Of a DNA stretch of 64,000 nucleotides, positions 13,540-27,035 are shown in pieces (within the stretch, counting starts at the first letter, position 1; each line of letters starts with the position of its first letter). A program made the position numbers and the translations under genes. Source of the stretch: Squalus acanthias (Eukaryota); NCBI GenBank assembly GCA_030390025.1, contig CM059433.1, positions 13,208,001 to 13,272,000 on the forward strand, in the 5' to 3' direction. The notes beneath the pieces are model-generated. The model saw only the letters and a list, made by a program, of their open reading frames with translations. It was not told the origin of the DNA and made no database searches.

Positions 13540-13982
13540 GTCTCTGAGTCAGAAGGTTGTGGGTTCAAGTCCTACTCCAGGGACTTGAGCACATAAATCT
13601 AGGCTGACACTCCCAGTGCAGTGCTGAGGGAGTGCTGCACTGTTGGAGGCTCTGTCTTTCGGATTAGACGTTAAACCGAGGCCCCGTCTGCTCTCTCAGG
13701 TGGACGTAAAAGATCCCCATGGTCACTATTTCGAAGAAGAGCAGGGGAGCTATCCCCGGTGTCCTGGCCAATATTTATCCCTCAATCCACATAACAAAAA
13801 CAATTTCTGGTCATTATCACATTGCTGTTTGTGGGAGCTTGCTGTGCGCGAATTGGCTGCCGCGTTTCCCACATTACAACAGTGACTCCACTTCAAAAGT
13901 ACTTCATTGGCTGTAAAGCGCTTTGAGACGTCCGGTGGTCGTGAAAGGCGCTATATAAATGCAGGTCTTTCTTTCTTTCTTT
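13540..13982 (+). mobile_element. SacSINE1-like SINE
   Basis: B-box gggttcaagtcc, Deu-like body, (tctt)n tail. Confidence 0.85.
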
Positions 13983-14069
13983 AAATCTTTGTGCACATAG
14001 TATTGCTGCGCTGGTCACAGAAATCGAAACAGTCATGGGAGTGTAACGGAAATCTGCTTTTGTTTGTAG

Positions 14070-14228
14070 GCAGTCCACTTCCTGGGGACAGGCGGCACAT
14101 TATCCTATCCACAGGGACCCTGAGGATTTCCAGAGTTGCCCTTCATGACGAGGGCCAGTATGAATGTCAAGCTGACAACATTGTTGGTGCTCGACGAGTT
14201 GCAGTCCAGCTAACTGTGCAACGCCGAG
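14070..14228 (+). CDS. PXDN: Peroxidasin exon (159 bp), Ig C-half [53 protein letters not shown]
   Basis: ttgtag| acceptor, |gtactc donor. Confidence 0.95.
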
Positions 14229-14377
14229 GTACTCTACAGCCTACAATTCACATGTATTAAGTGTAAAGAAACTTTTTGTCGAACCAGTTTTTTTTTGAAA
14301 GCCTTGGTGCCAACTTAGTAAGAAAAGTGATGACTGCTCTGCTGAGTCAGCCTCTGTGACTGCTCCATTATATTTAA

Positions 14378-15081
14378 GGGGCCGTATTTTTGTGACCCCT
14401 ACGGGTGCGTACGAGGTGGGCAAGCGCCCGTAGGGGCCGCGCAGGTTCCGGGTTTAGGCGCGCGAAGCGCACGCGCTAAAACCCGGAACTTGCGATCTGT
14501 CAAGAATCCTCTTGACAGATCCTCTGCATCCCTGGGAGACGGGCCTCCGCGGGTGGAGGGTTGCGCTATTTGCCCAACTTCCGCCCGCTGAATGCCTGTG
14601 AAATTCTTACACCTGGTGTAAGGCCTGCTTTTACCAGCATGAGAGTTTTAAAAAAAAAATAGAAAAAAAAAATTTTATCGCTCATTTATACATTAAAAAC
14701 CCTGTCCAATAAGGTAAGTTTATTTTTAGCCCCGCTGAAACATATAATTGTTTTTTTCAAAAAATTAAATTTTCATTTAAAATATTTAATTAAATGGCAT
14801 TTTAATTCATTTTAAATACGTAATTTAAAAAAAATTATTTCATGTGTTTGTGTATTTTTTAAGTGATCCCCATTCATACTTATGGGGATTCAGTACGTAC
14901 GGAACTCCCATAAGTATGAATGGGGATTCCCTTCTTTTATTGGTTGGGCCGGCCCACGTGATCCCAGAGGCCCAGGATCGTGAGCCCCCATACCTCCCGG
15001 ACCACCAGGTAAATGCATAGATTTGTTTACAGGTCGGAGGCATCCACCCGCGGGGAAGCCTCCGACCGCAAATTTTGGGCC
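14378..15081. mobile_element. Harbinger-type MITE family A, uninterrupted
   Basis: GGGGCCGTATTTT...AATTTTGGGCC ends; flanks taa/tat; GC-rich ends and AT-rich centre. Confidence 0.8.
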
Positions 15082-15481
15082 TATGTTACACTAGCAAATA
15101 TCAGAGGTAGTACCATAAATATATGGATTGAAACCTGAAATCCGAGTCCTCTATATAATTAGATAGCACATATGAACAGTGACCGACAGGAAAAGAAAGA
15201 GCCTCTGGTCCATCCAGCCTGTCCCATACAAGTGTGCACTCCCTACCCCGTCTGAAAGCCATGTGATCTCCTGGGAGGGGCAAAATGCAAGATAATACCC
15301 AAGGGCCAATTCGGGGGGGAAATAAATTAGCAAAATAGGTTTGGAAAGTTTTTGTCTCTTTCACCTTGCTGGCCAGAGGTGTTGGGTGACTTTGGAAGAA
15401 AATATCAAAAACAAAATTTCCAACTTCATGTGTGTATCGACCACAACTACTTTTTTTTTCTTTCCTTAATGGGGCCTCCAG

Positions 15482-15594
15482 TAATGCTGGTCTTTACAAA
15501 CACCCCAAACGATCTGACGGTTGCAGCTGGGGCAGATGTGCAGATTCCCTGCAGTTCTCGGGGGGAACCTGCGCCAACTGTAACATGGAGTAAG
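15482..15594 (+). CDS. PXDN: Peroxidasin exon (113 bp), Ig N-half [38 protein letters not shown]
   Basis: ctccag| acceptor, |gtaggt donor; phase 1-0. Confidence 0.92.
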
Positions 15595-17825
15595 GTAGGT
15601 GAGAACCTTTTTGGAAACCAGTTTTGTGCGATGAGCCAAATACTTGTTAAAAGAACTCTTTTTAAAAAAAAAAAAGAATGTGACTTCACCTCATGAGTTA
15701 GAGATAGATAGAGATAGCCTTGCTGGTAAAAATAAAACTCAAATCATCAGGAGGCAGCATGTTTACTCTCAATACTATTTCTGAACATTCTGTCCAATGG
15801 ACATACGGTTGTCGTTTCTGAGGTTTTTTTTGGGGATGTGTACACAGTGGAATTATAATTAAGTTTAAAATTGATCTTTCATTTTGTTCAAACCTGGAAT
15901 AAATTTAAATTGTCCATTTTGTTCCATTTTATTGCCCATCACTCGCATGTCATGTACACACAAGTGAAGGGAAGAGCTCAGAAGCAATGGAAGCATCAGA
16001 TTTAGGAAGGCAGTGACTGTCGCTGATAATACATCAAAAGTCATCTTCAGCCACTGCCGATTGGCACTTTTTTTTAAACAATTTTTGCATGGTCAGCAGA
16101 GTGGGGAATAAAAGAATTGTGTAGGGGGTTAAGGCACAAGTGAGTGGGCGGTGAATGGAGCAAGTTGATTAATGTGTGACAGTGGGGCGGGGGGCTGGTA
16201 GGACCACTCTTTTACAGAGGTTTCAAAATAAACTATAGCCTCCCTTAACTCGGGCAAGCTGTTCTTTTCAACTTCAGTCTGGTTTCCAGCAAAAGCCAAG
16301 TACCAAGGCACTTTAAGTTATGTTTGTATTAATCTGGGTTGTTAAGTTCATTGGAAGACTGGTTGAATAATTATCTAATGTGCACAATATTTCCTCTTTT
16401 CATATGCAGTACTACCCATACCTTCATTATTTTAGAATTTTTTTTTTTTACCTGACTGCAGAATAGCCACTTTTAGTTCATCTTATTTCAGGTAGCTTCA
16501 CAAGCTCATAGTAGCTGGAGACTACTGAAGTATTAAAGTACAGTGACATCTGCATGTGTTGGGAGCAGCCAAATATTGTGACCGGCCAAGAACCCGCACC
16601 CCACTGTGACTTTGATTTCTATTGTATCATATCCACCAACATTTTAAATCCTGCTCGCTCATGTCGTCTGTTGTATATTTACTGTTAAAATCCGTCCACT
16701 TAAAGCATTCTTTTAGCTCCTTCGCTTTAATACACTGTACAGGATCCTCATCAAATTGTTTTAGGTGCTTAATTAGGCATGAGGATGGGCACGAAGGTTC
16801 ATGTGGGAATACAGATTTGCCCCCTTTTGTCTTTTAAGATTAGAAAAAAACCTTATGTAAATTGTAATTCAACGTTGTAAGTGGCTCCTGTCAACGGGTA
16901 CTAGGTTCAATTTTCAAAAGGAACCCATCAGGAGGTCTGCACTTCTTTCACGAAAAATGGAGTAGGGTTGAGAAGGGAGTTTTTGTCAGTGAATGGGTTG
17001 GTGCTTTTTTTTTTCTGAAGCCCAGTGGTTGAAGTGACCTATGGTACAGCATCTTGGAATGCCAGTACACAATCGCTCAGTGATGCGAAGTGGGTACATG
17101 CCAGTGATTTTCTTCTACTGCTGAGTTCTCTGCTGCGGGGAAGAACTGAGCAGAGGGTGGTGTGTTTCTCCACGGGATGGGAGATGAAGTTGGAAGCTGA
17201 GCGCTCTTCAGACTGTTACTGCACTCATCCAAGCGGTGGGCATAAAAGCAGCATTGGGTGAGGCCTGGGAGCATACTGCCTTCAGTCGTGTGTGATTTTG
17301 AGAAGATCGAGGAAGAGGACAGAAACAACTATGGAGTTTTGTCCTTGGAAAAACCGAATGCTTTTAATTAAATGCCCCTGGAAACTGTAGACCATAATAA
17401 GGTCACAAATCTGCAGTTCTTGCACACAGAAATTACCTCAGTGAGTGAGGGGTTGGCAGTGTGACTTGCTGGGAGCGGTGGGGGGCGGTGTGGGAGAAGG
17501 GTGGTGAAAAAGCAGAGGGAGTTTGGAAATGTGTGACAGTGGGGGGGGAACCACTTTTACAGCGGTTTCAAAATGAGGAGGTCCTGATTTTAACCCCAGA
17601 TTTTTAACACCGTACAGAGGCCCCAATTTTGAAATTAATATATCGGCTCCATCAAACTAAAGGTTCTGATTTCAGAACTTTGAGGCAGGCATGCTTTTTA
17701 TAAAAATGATTGCGCCCCAATAGATAGGCAAGCCTTGATTTTTATAAAGCTTTACTGCCCGTGATATCTTTCATCTTTTTCTGCTGGCCCCATTATTTTC
17801 AACCTCTTACTGCTTCTCATACTAT

Positions 17826-18500
17826 GGGGGGGAAATTGGGTCGCACCCCCTTTGGGGCACTAACTTCGCCGGGCCACTACTTTTAGCGCCCCGAAAAAGT
17901 TAGCGCGCCCGAAATTCAATGTTAGCATCCCAAGCAGGAGGCGGTGCGCTACTGGAAGCGCTCTCCCTCCCTCTTGGGGCGCTCCCATTGAATATCGCGA
18001 CGCTACGTGCAGCAGCGCCACACACGCCAGCAAGTAGCGCCACGGTACTACAGGCCTCCCTCCCCTGATTAAAGGGGAGGGGTCTGGTGCAGCGCACACT
18101 GGGGCCCTGCTGGGCCAGTGGGGTGCCGGGCAAAGAGCTCGGCACTCGAGGAGTGCCGTGCTGACCGATCGCGGCTGGCACCCCGCAGAGGGAGGCGAGA
18201 GGGGGCAGGTGCTTGCAGGCGGCCCAAAAAAAGACCGCCCGGCACCTACCCTTTAATCTGCGCCCCCGCGGCCGCAAACACGGTACCCAGACCCTGTTGG
18301 ACATGGCGTCTGGCAGTAGGTCAGGGGGCACGAGCCAAGTTTGCGGCCGGGGCGCTGCGCACGGCGACGACGTCATTGCCGGAGGCGCAGCGCCGTGGGG
18401 CACTACCGCCGCCACTAACCTCCCGCTGAATTTCGCAGGAGGCATTGGAGGCGCCGCGCCTGGGCGAATAGGAGGCGCAAAGCAACCGAATTTTTCCCCC
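17826..18500. mobile_element. Harbinger-type MITE family B (CpG-rich)
   Basis: GGGGGGGAAATTGGGT / ACCGAATTTTTCCCCC ends; TSD TAT; second copy at 20548. Confidence 0.85.
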
Positions 18501-18739
18501 TATACATTTTTTCCACATTTTATTGCTGGTTAGGGAGTCACATAATGTTACTTAGGTTGTCATGCAACATTCCCACAGCACTTTCCTAGAGGCACAATTC
18601 TAATGGGCTGTTATGATTCACTCAGCGATTTGGTATGTGATACTGATAGATGGAGTCACTTGCCTTGATTTTGTTTTTTTTTTAACTTCCACTTTCACAT
18701 TTATATGGGGAAAAACCTTTCACCTAATTTTATCAGTGA

Positions 18740-21700
18740 CAGGTCAACAAAACAGATGACAGATAGTATAAAACTAAAAGAAAGGGCTTGCACAAATGCA
18801 AAGAATAGTGGATATCCCACAGACTAGGAGAGATATAAAGAACAACAAAGGGATACAAAGACAGTAGCTAGAGATGCAAAAAGAGAATACGATTTAAAAA
18901 AAACTTGGGAGGCATATCAAGGATAACACTAAATGTTTTTACAAGTATATTGAGAGAGAGAGAGGATGGCCAAGGGTAATGTGGGCCCCTTAAAGATAGA
19001 TCCAGGTGGTACTGTAATTAAAAATAAGGAAATAACAGAATTGCTAAATAATTACTTTGTATCAGCCTTCACAGTAGAAGACAAGGATAAAGTATCAGAG
19101 ATACGAGTAAAATTAAATCGAGGGGTGGAACTTACTAGATTTAATATGTTTTTTTTTAATGGTAATGGAGAAAATAATGAGACTGCAGATTGACAGATCT
19201 CCAGGACCTGACTGTTTTCACCCCAGGGTATTTAAACAAGTCGGTGAGGAAATTGTAGACGCTTTAGTCATGATCTTTCAGAACTCTTTTGATTCAGGAA
19301 TTGTCCCCTTGGATTGGAAAATTGCCAATGTCACTCCATTCTTTAAGAAGGGTGGAAGAGATAAACCAGGAAATGCTAGCCACAGATTATCTACCGCCAT
19401 ACTTTTTAATCTGTTTTTCCAATATACCTTAGCCATCTCGCCCCCTCATTCCTATGTAATTGGCTTTATTTAAGTTTAAGACTCTAGTTTCGGACTTAGG
19501 CAAGTCACTCTCAAACTTAATGTGAAATTCTATCATATTATTATCACTCTGCCCCAGAGGATCCTTTACTATGAAATTGCTAATTAACCCTGTCTCATTA
19601 CACAATACAAGATCTAAAATACCTGTTCCCTGGTTGGTTCCATGACATATTGTTCTAGGAAACTGTCCCGAATGCATTCCATGAACTTGTCCTCTGGGCT
19701 ACCTTTGCCAATTTGATTTGTCCAGTCTGTATGAAGATTAAAGTCCCCCACGATTATTGCATTACCTTTGTTACAAGCTCCTACTATTTCTTGATTAATA
19801 TTCTGTCCAACGGTATAGCTACTGTTAGAGGGCCTATATACTACTCCCACCAGTGTTTTCTGCCCCTTGTTATTCCTTATCTCCACTCATACTGATTCTA
19901 CTTCCTGATCTTCCGAGCCGCGATCCTTTCTCTCTACTGTTCTTATGTCATCCTTTATTATCAGGGCTACCCCCCCCCCCCCCCCCCCCCTCCTTTTCCA
20001 TTCTGCCTGTCTTTGCGAAACGTCAAGTACCCTGGAACATTTAATTCCCAACCTTGGACACCTTGCAACCACGTTTCTCTAATAGCTATTAGATCACACC
20101 CATTTATCTCTATTTGTGCCACTAGTTCGTCCATCTTGTTACGAATGCTTCGTGCATTCAGATAAAGAGCCTTTTATTTAAATTTTTTACCATTATTCCC
20201 TGCTTTGACCTTATTCTCTGCTGCACTGCTACCATTAAACACTCTGTCCCCCAGGGATCTGTACTGGGGCCTCAGCTTTTTACTATATTTATAAATGACT
20301 TAAATGAAGGAATAGAGGGCCATATATCCAAGTTTGCTGACAACACTCAAAGTTAGGTGGCACAGTAAGTAGTGTAGATGGGAGCAGAATGTTGCAAAGG
20401 GGCATTGATAGATTAAGTGAGTGGCCAAAACTCTGGAAGATGGAGTTCAATGTGGGGAAGTGTGAGACCATTGACTTTGGACCTACGAACGATAGATCAG
20501 ATTACATTTACTAAATGGTAAGAAGCTGGGAATTGTGGAGGAGCAATGGGGGGAAAAATTAGGTTGTGCCCCGAAAAAGTTAGCGCCCCCGCACCTGAAT
20601 TTCACCGGTAGCGCCCCACGAGGGAGGCGGGGCACTACTGGAAGCGCCCCGCCTCCCTCTTGGGGCGCTGAGTGTGAATATCGCGGCACATAGTGCCACG
20701 GTACTGCAGGCCTTCCTCCCCTTATTAAAGGGGAGAGGCCTAGCGCAGCGTGACCCGGGGCCCAGCTGGGCCACCAAGGATCGGAGTGCCGGCAAAAGAG
20801 CCCGGCACTCAAGAAAAGTGCTGGGCTCACGGAGCACAGCCGGCACCCCGTGGGTGGGCTGCAGAGGAGGCCGGGGACAGCAGAGGGGGCAGGTGCTGGC
20901 AGGCGGCCAGCAACAAAAATGGCCGCCCGGCCCCATCCCTTTAATTTGTGCTGCCCCGGCCGCAGGTAGGCCCCCCTGACCCCATCAGACATAGCGTCCG
21001 GCAGTAAGTCAGGGGGCGCTACCGAAGATAGCAGCCGGGGCGCTGCGCACGACGATGACATCATCGCCGGTGGCGCAGCACCATGGGGCGCCAACGGTTA
21101 CCGCCGCCGCTAACCTCCCACTGAATTTCGTGGGAGGCGTTAGCGGCGCCGTGCCCAGGCGCTAGTTGCTTTGTGCCCCGTTAGCACCCTCTTAGGGCGC
21201 TAACGGGAGGCGCAAATCAACCGAACTTTTCCCCCTAGAGATTTAGGAGTCCATTTACAGAAATCACTAAAAGCTAGTGAACAGGTACAAAAAATAATTT
21301 AAAAGGCTAATGTAATGTTAGCCTTTATCTCGAGGGCTGGCATACAAAGGGGTGGAAGTTATGTTGCAGTTGTGTAAAGCTCTTGTTAGACCGTGTCTGG
21401 AGTACTGCCTTCAGTTCTGGGCTCCACACCTCAGGAAGGATGTATTAGCCTTGGAAGGCTAAATGGATTAAATTATGAGGATAGGTTGCATAACTAGGCT
21501 TATATTCCCTTGACTATAGAAGATTAAGCAGCGATCTAATTGAGGTGTTTAAGATGATAAACATTCAGTAGGGTAGAAAAAGAGAATCTATGTCCTCTGG
21601 TGGGGGAGTCCAGAACAAGGGGACATAACCTTAAAATTAGAGCTAGGCCGTTCAGGGGTGATGTCAGAACGCACTTCTTCACACAAAGGGTAGTGGAAAT

Positions 21701-21890
21701 CTGGAACTTTGACTCTCAAAGCTGTTGAGGCTGGGGGTCAATTGAAAAATTCAAAAATGAGATAGATAAATTTTTGTTCGGTAAGGGTATTAAGGGATAG
21801 GGAGCAAAGGCGGGTAATTGGAGTTAAGATACAGATTATACACGGAACAGGCTCGAGGGGCTGAATGGCCTATTCCTGTTCCTTCATAGG
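18740..21890 (+). mobile_element. Decayed CR1-like LINE with an inverted endonuclease segment (19380-20250) and a nested MITE
   Basis: SPGPDCFHPRVFK...WKIANVTPFFKKG; PQGSVLG; FAD motif; CR1 3' UTR; minus-strand IVGDFN and LDLVLCNE endonuclease motifs. Confidence 0.85.
20548..21235. mobile_element. Harbinger-type MITE family B nested in the CR1 RT region
   Basis: GGGGGGAAAAATT / AACTTTTCCCCC ends; homologous to 17826-18500. Confidence 0.85.
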
Positions 21891-22900
21891 AATACACAGT
21901 ACTGGAAACGGCCGTTGCTGTGCACTTGGCTAGTTTGAAAGTTTCAGAAACACCACACTGCACCTCTGAAGCCCCTCAATTTCTTCTTTTGCCAACTTGC
22001 GTCAGATACAAGTGTTCTCCTCCACAAAACCTCTTAATCCTAGGTATTTGCATGATGAGACAATTTCTTTTTGCTCTACCTTGCATGATGATTTTGCAAT
22101 TCTTGCTTAAGGAAGCAAATCACTTTGTTTGTTTCTTCTTCACACCTCCCTCTTCAAAACCTTCCTCCTACTTCTGTAATTTACATGATTAGAAATTATA
22201 GATTTTTCTGATTCATGCGTTCTCGCAGTGGACTTTTAGTTCTTGCTGAAATTATTATGATGATAGCCCTGCCCCAGAAGGCTTTTCCCATTTCAGGCCT
22301 CCAGTAACCACCAACTGCTCAAATGATTTGCTATGGTTGATTGATTCTGGCTGCGGTGGTTGAGGTCAATATCAAACCACCTAAACAGCCCTCCAGTACA
22401 AACATCTGTCTTTCAGCAACACAACACAAAACAAATCTTATCCCCCAATATACCATTAGCGTAGAATTTTTATTCAATGGTTTAAACTGTATATTTTGAT
22501 AGTTTTTCCATTGCTTTCACCTCACAGTAGTCTCTAAGGTCCCTGTCTATTTGTCACAGTACAATCTGGGTATTGTACTTTCATAAGAAGCAAGCTGAAT
22601 ACTGTACTGAAAATCCTATGATGCATCTCTTGTATGGAATTTCTCATCAGGAGCTAGAACTTAAATTCTTTGCTACCCAGTAGTCAAGGTGACGTGGTTT
22701 GTCAGGATGCACTCTTCGGTACTGTTCCATCGGACGTTGATACTGACTCCCGCAATGCATCTTTCTTTTGCTCTCTCTCTTTTCTGTTTGCTCTGGTCCA
22801 GTCAGTCATCCACTCATGCATGCGCGCGCGCACACTGACACACCTATACTGACACACCATCACACACTCTCACTCTGCTGGGATTCAGCAGCATTGCAAG

Positions 22901-23029
22901 CAGTGTTCCCTTTAAGCAGCGCTCTGGAGCTCTCGCGCAGCCAGCTCACCGGCCTTTTAATGGAAAAACCGCGCGTTCGCGGAATTTTGACTGGGCCGCG
23001 TAGCCCAAAAAGAATTAGTGGGAACATTG
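22901..23029. mobile_element. hAT-type MITE (129 bp)
   Basis: TIR CAGTGTTCCC / GGGAACATTG; perfect 8-bp TSD ATTGCAAG (22893-22900, 23030-23037). Confidence 0.85.
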
Positions 23030-24017
23030 ATTGCAAGTCCACATGAATGTTGCAGACTGTAGTCAAGAACGATGGGCCTTTTTTTTTGGCAGGGAATTTT
23101 AAAATGAAGTAACTCATTTTTTGGGTGTTGGTGACTTTTTCCAGAGTTATGCAAGTTATTATGTGTTCTGTTATAAATGTTAATTCTACCTGTGTACACC
23201 AACCTCAGTGAAGAAGGGAGGATGGTACATGAAAACAGTTTCAAGGAATTATTTTGACCAAGTTGGTCAGATTTGTCGTACTTGCTGGCTCACAAATGGT
23301 AGCTCTGGGGGGAAAGAATTGACGGCTTTGCTTACTTTTGAGATCGGTATTGCTTGATTTTGTTCACATTTAATTAATTGAATACTAAATTTATCCATTT
23401 ACCAATTGAGTCACCAATGATTATTTGGGTCAATTATGAAGTTTTTGACCGATAGATGTGTGACTTTCGTAACTGTTGAACTCGAGAGATGTGACACGTT
23501 TAAGGTGTGCTGCCTCTGAGGCCACACCTTGAGGTGCAACACCATGGAGGTGTGCTTACATGCAAGATTTTTAATATATAGATGATTCAATTTAAAGAGT
23601 TGCACAGTGCAACATTGTTAGTTACTTAAACTGGCATGCTTTGAGAGATGTGGCTTAATTAACATTTAACAGTGACGTGGGATGGGTGAATTCATTTTTG
23701 CTGCTTATGTACTGGGAGCTAAAAGATACTCTCAAATTTCAGTCTAATACATCTGTCCACGTTTGCAGCCATAAGGCTGAAATGGTTATTAGTCTAATCT
23801 TACACCTTTAGCAAGCTTTGCTTCAGATAGACAGACATAAGAGAAATCTATAATTGCATCGGTGAGTTGGTGCAGTTGTGGTGTCTGTAACCTACATAAG
23901 CTGTTGACTGATCTGTCTAGTGAGGTGTTCAAAAGATATCAAAACATGAGCTCAAAGAATGCAGGCACTGTACGGGCTGTGTAACTATACGTTAGTGACG
24001 CAATGTTTTCACTATAG

Positions 24018-24174
24018 GATGGAATTCAGATCACAGAGAGTGGCAAATTCCATGTTAGCCCTCAGGGATTTCTTTCAATTCGTGACGTTGGACCTGCAGA
24101 TCAAGGGCGATATGAGTGCATTGCCAGGAACAGCATTGATCACTCTGCCGCTAGTATGGTGTTGACTGTGGTTG
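24018..24174 (+). CDS. PXDN: Peroxidasin exon (157 bp), Ig C-half [52 protein letters not shown] (not in ORF track)
   Basis: ctatag| acceptor, |gtaagt donor; hand translation. Confidence 0.95.
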
Positions 24175-26156
24175 GTAAGTCTATAAAACGGGCTTTGTGC
24201 TAACTGGTTAAAAATATTTAATTACTGACATTGGTTGTTCAGACCATCCAGATTAATTTCTCAATGTTATTTACCATGGAAGTCAAACACACAGATACCA
24301 TAAACTCTATTGTGCTCCACCGTCCTCTTCATTTTGGTGCTTCATCTTCATTAGGTTTAGCACTTTTTCATTCAAATACTGAAAAGTCACAAGATATGAA
24401 ATATGCAAACTGTTCCAAAACTCCTTATCCAGTATGATTGTTTCAATTTGACTGTAAAGATAAGGTTGTTAAATTACAGTTTCTGCTCGCTGTGCTGGTT
24501 TTTTTCAGTGCAGCTTGTCCAAAACCCGCCAAACCAATGCAAAAGATGGGGGAATTTCAAGTGTAAATTACATCCAGCACAAGTTAAGTTTCTGCCGGAA
24601 CATGGCGATGGAAGCTGGCCACGCCCCCAGATCGAATTAATCACCACAACCGGTTTCCGCTAATTGCGCCCGTTTGCCAGCCTTCGAAGAGGCTCTTAAA
24701 ATTAAGCTTTTATTTTAGGCGCGATGACACAAATAGGCACCTTTTAAAAAGCTTTTAAATATATATTTTTTAAATTTACCAAGAAACTGACTACTGTACA
24801 CCAATGAATCTAGTAAATGGTTCTGTATAGTTTTTTTTTAAGTCATTTTCAGTTATTTAAAATCAGGTTACTCACAGGTGGTGGACTGGACAATCTTTTT
24901 GTGATAAACCCATTTTCAGCTGTAGTAATCAAACTGCACCAGGTTACCACTCTTGGCCATAGCGAGGAATATTTTTTAAAGCAAAAATAAAAAGAAAAAT
25001 TACATTCTAAAGCGCTAGAACTTGTTCGTGGTCAGTTTTTCGTTTGTGATTTATGCAAATGAGTTTGAGCGGAACGTTGAACCATAAAATCAATTCGGAA
25101 AACGAGCGCAATTTGCACCCGGATTGTCGATTACTACCACCATTGCATCTGATTATTTTAGGTTTTAATGAATACCAGTCACTGAATAACAAGCCATTCC
25201 AGTGTGGGTTCGCTAGGTATTGCTGTTCTTTGTATAGTGGAAGAGTAAAAATGGGCTTAATGAATCTGAATTATGTACTGGAAGATTACATGAAAAGTAA
25301 ATATGCGTTGGGTAGCACAGGATCAAAATTGCCTACTGTAAAGCGAAGGAAAAAGGCCTGGAATATTGTAATCCCATAAATTAATCGATTTTCAAGAATT
25401 ATTAGGGAGGACTGCAATTGTTCACATGAAAGCTGGCCATACTTTAAGAAACGAAGAATGGTGACATGCCGCCCCCAAATAAAAGGGTCCAAAATTCAGC
25501 TAAAAGTGTGGTCACCAGACTCACTCTTTGACTCAGAGAATTTAATAGTACAGAAGGCGACCATTCAACCCATTGTGCCTGTCCTGGCTCTCGGACGGGG
25601 CTGTGTACCGTTTGTTGCCTGCAGTTTACTGTTGGCACGGTAATGAGGCCCCGACCTCCAAATGGACTGGGCCTCCCGCCGGCACAATCGGGTGGCCCGC
25701 CGGCACACTCGATAATTATTGGCCGCTCAATAATTAAAATCTACCTCCGCGGATGAGAAACGCTAACTTTCTGGAGTTGAACAGCTTACACTGGGATACG
25801 TTTTCTTTTGTGAGTCTAAACTAACAGTATCGCTTCCAAAAAAAAAACCTGAATTTTAATCAAAGTTACTGAATCTCTTCATTTTATATCTTCTGAATTT
25901 TCAATAAACATTATAGTCTCCAGACGAGAGAGAGATTCCATGGGCAGTACTTTCAACTTCAGCGGGCGATATTGGTCTCCTATTGTACACTCCGCCCGAC
26001 TTTCGTTTCCACTGACTGAGTTCCAATCGGATTATCACCCATTTAACACCCCTGTCGAAGTTGAAAGTTCCAGCATGTTTTCTTACTAGATATAAGCCAG
26101 AGTCCGCAAACCCTTGAACTCTTAACCATTGCTTATCAACAAAAGTTCAGGAAAGG

Positions 26157-27035
26157 TTAAGGAAGGATATACTTGCATTGGAGGCAGTGCAGAGAAGGTT
26201 CACTAGTTTGATTCCTGGGATGAAGGGGTTGACGTATGAGGAAAGGTTAAGCAGGTTGGGCCGATACTCATTGGAGTTTAGAAGAATGAGAGGTGATCTT
26301 ATTGAAACATATAAGATTCTGAGGGGGCTTGACAGGGTGGATGCTGAGGGGATGTTTCCCCTCGTCGGAATCTAGAATTAAGGGGCATAGTTTCAGAATA
26401 AGGGGTCGCTCATTTAAGACGGAGATGAGAAGGAATTTCTTCTCTGAGGGTCGTGAATCTTTGGAATTCTCTACCCCAGAGAGCTGTGGAGGCGGAGTCA
26501 TTGAATATATTCAAGGCAGAGATTGACAGATATTTGAACTACAAGGGAGTCAAGGGGTGTGGGGAGAGAGCGGGAAAGTGGTGTTGAGGCCAAGATTGGA
26601 TCAACCATGATCTTATTGAATGGCGGAGCAGGCTCGAGGGGCCGATTGGCCTTCTCCTGCTCCTGTTTCTTATGTTCTTATGCTAAGCTTTTATTCCTGC
26701 TTTTATAAATTTATTCCTCTTCCCTGAATGGCTGAATAGTGGATAACCAGAGGGCATAGATTTAAGGTGATTGGCAAAAGAACCAGAGGCGACATGAGGA
26801 AAAAATTTCTTACGCAACGAGTGGTTAGGATTTGGAATGCGCTGCCTGATAGGGCGGTGGATACAGATTCAATAGTAGCCTTCAAAAGGGAATTGGATAA
26901 ATACTTGAAGGCGAAAAAATTGCAGGGATATGGGGAAAGAGCGGGGGAGAGGGACAAACTGGACTGCTCTTCGAAAAGAGCCGGCGCAGACTCGATGGGC
27001 CGAATGACCTCTTTCTGTGCCGTACTATTCTATGA
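26157..27035 (+). mobile_element. Two tandem CR1-like LINE 3' fragments (26157-26682; ~26725-27035)
   Basis: EAVQRRFTSLIPGM; FLTQRVVRIWNALP; both end in ttct(t)atg-type tails. Confidence 0.85.

Noticed and set aside
17860..21094. GC-rich overlapping ORFs (100-200 aa) as genes
   Set aside because: They lie within duplicated MITE B copies, have low-complexity translations and show no recognisable domain.
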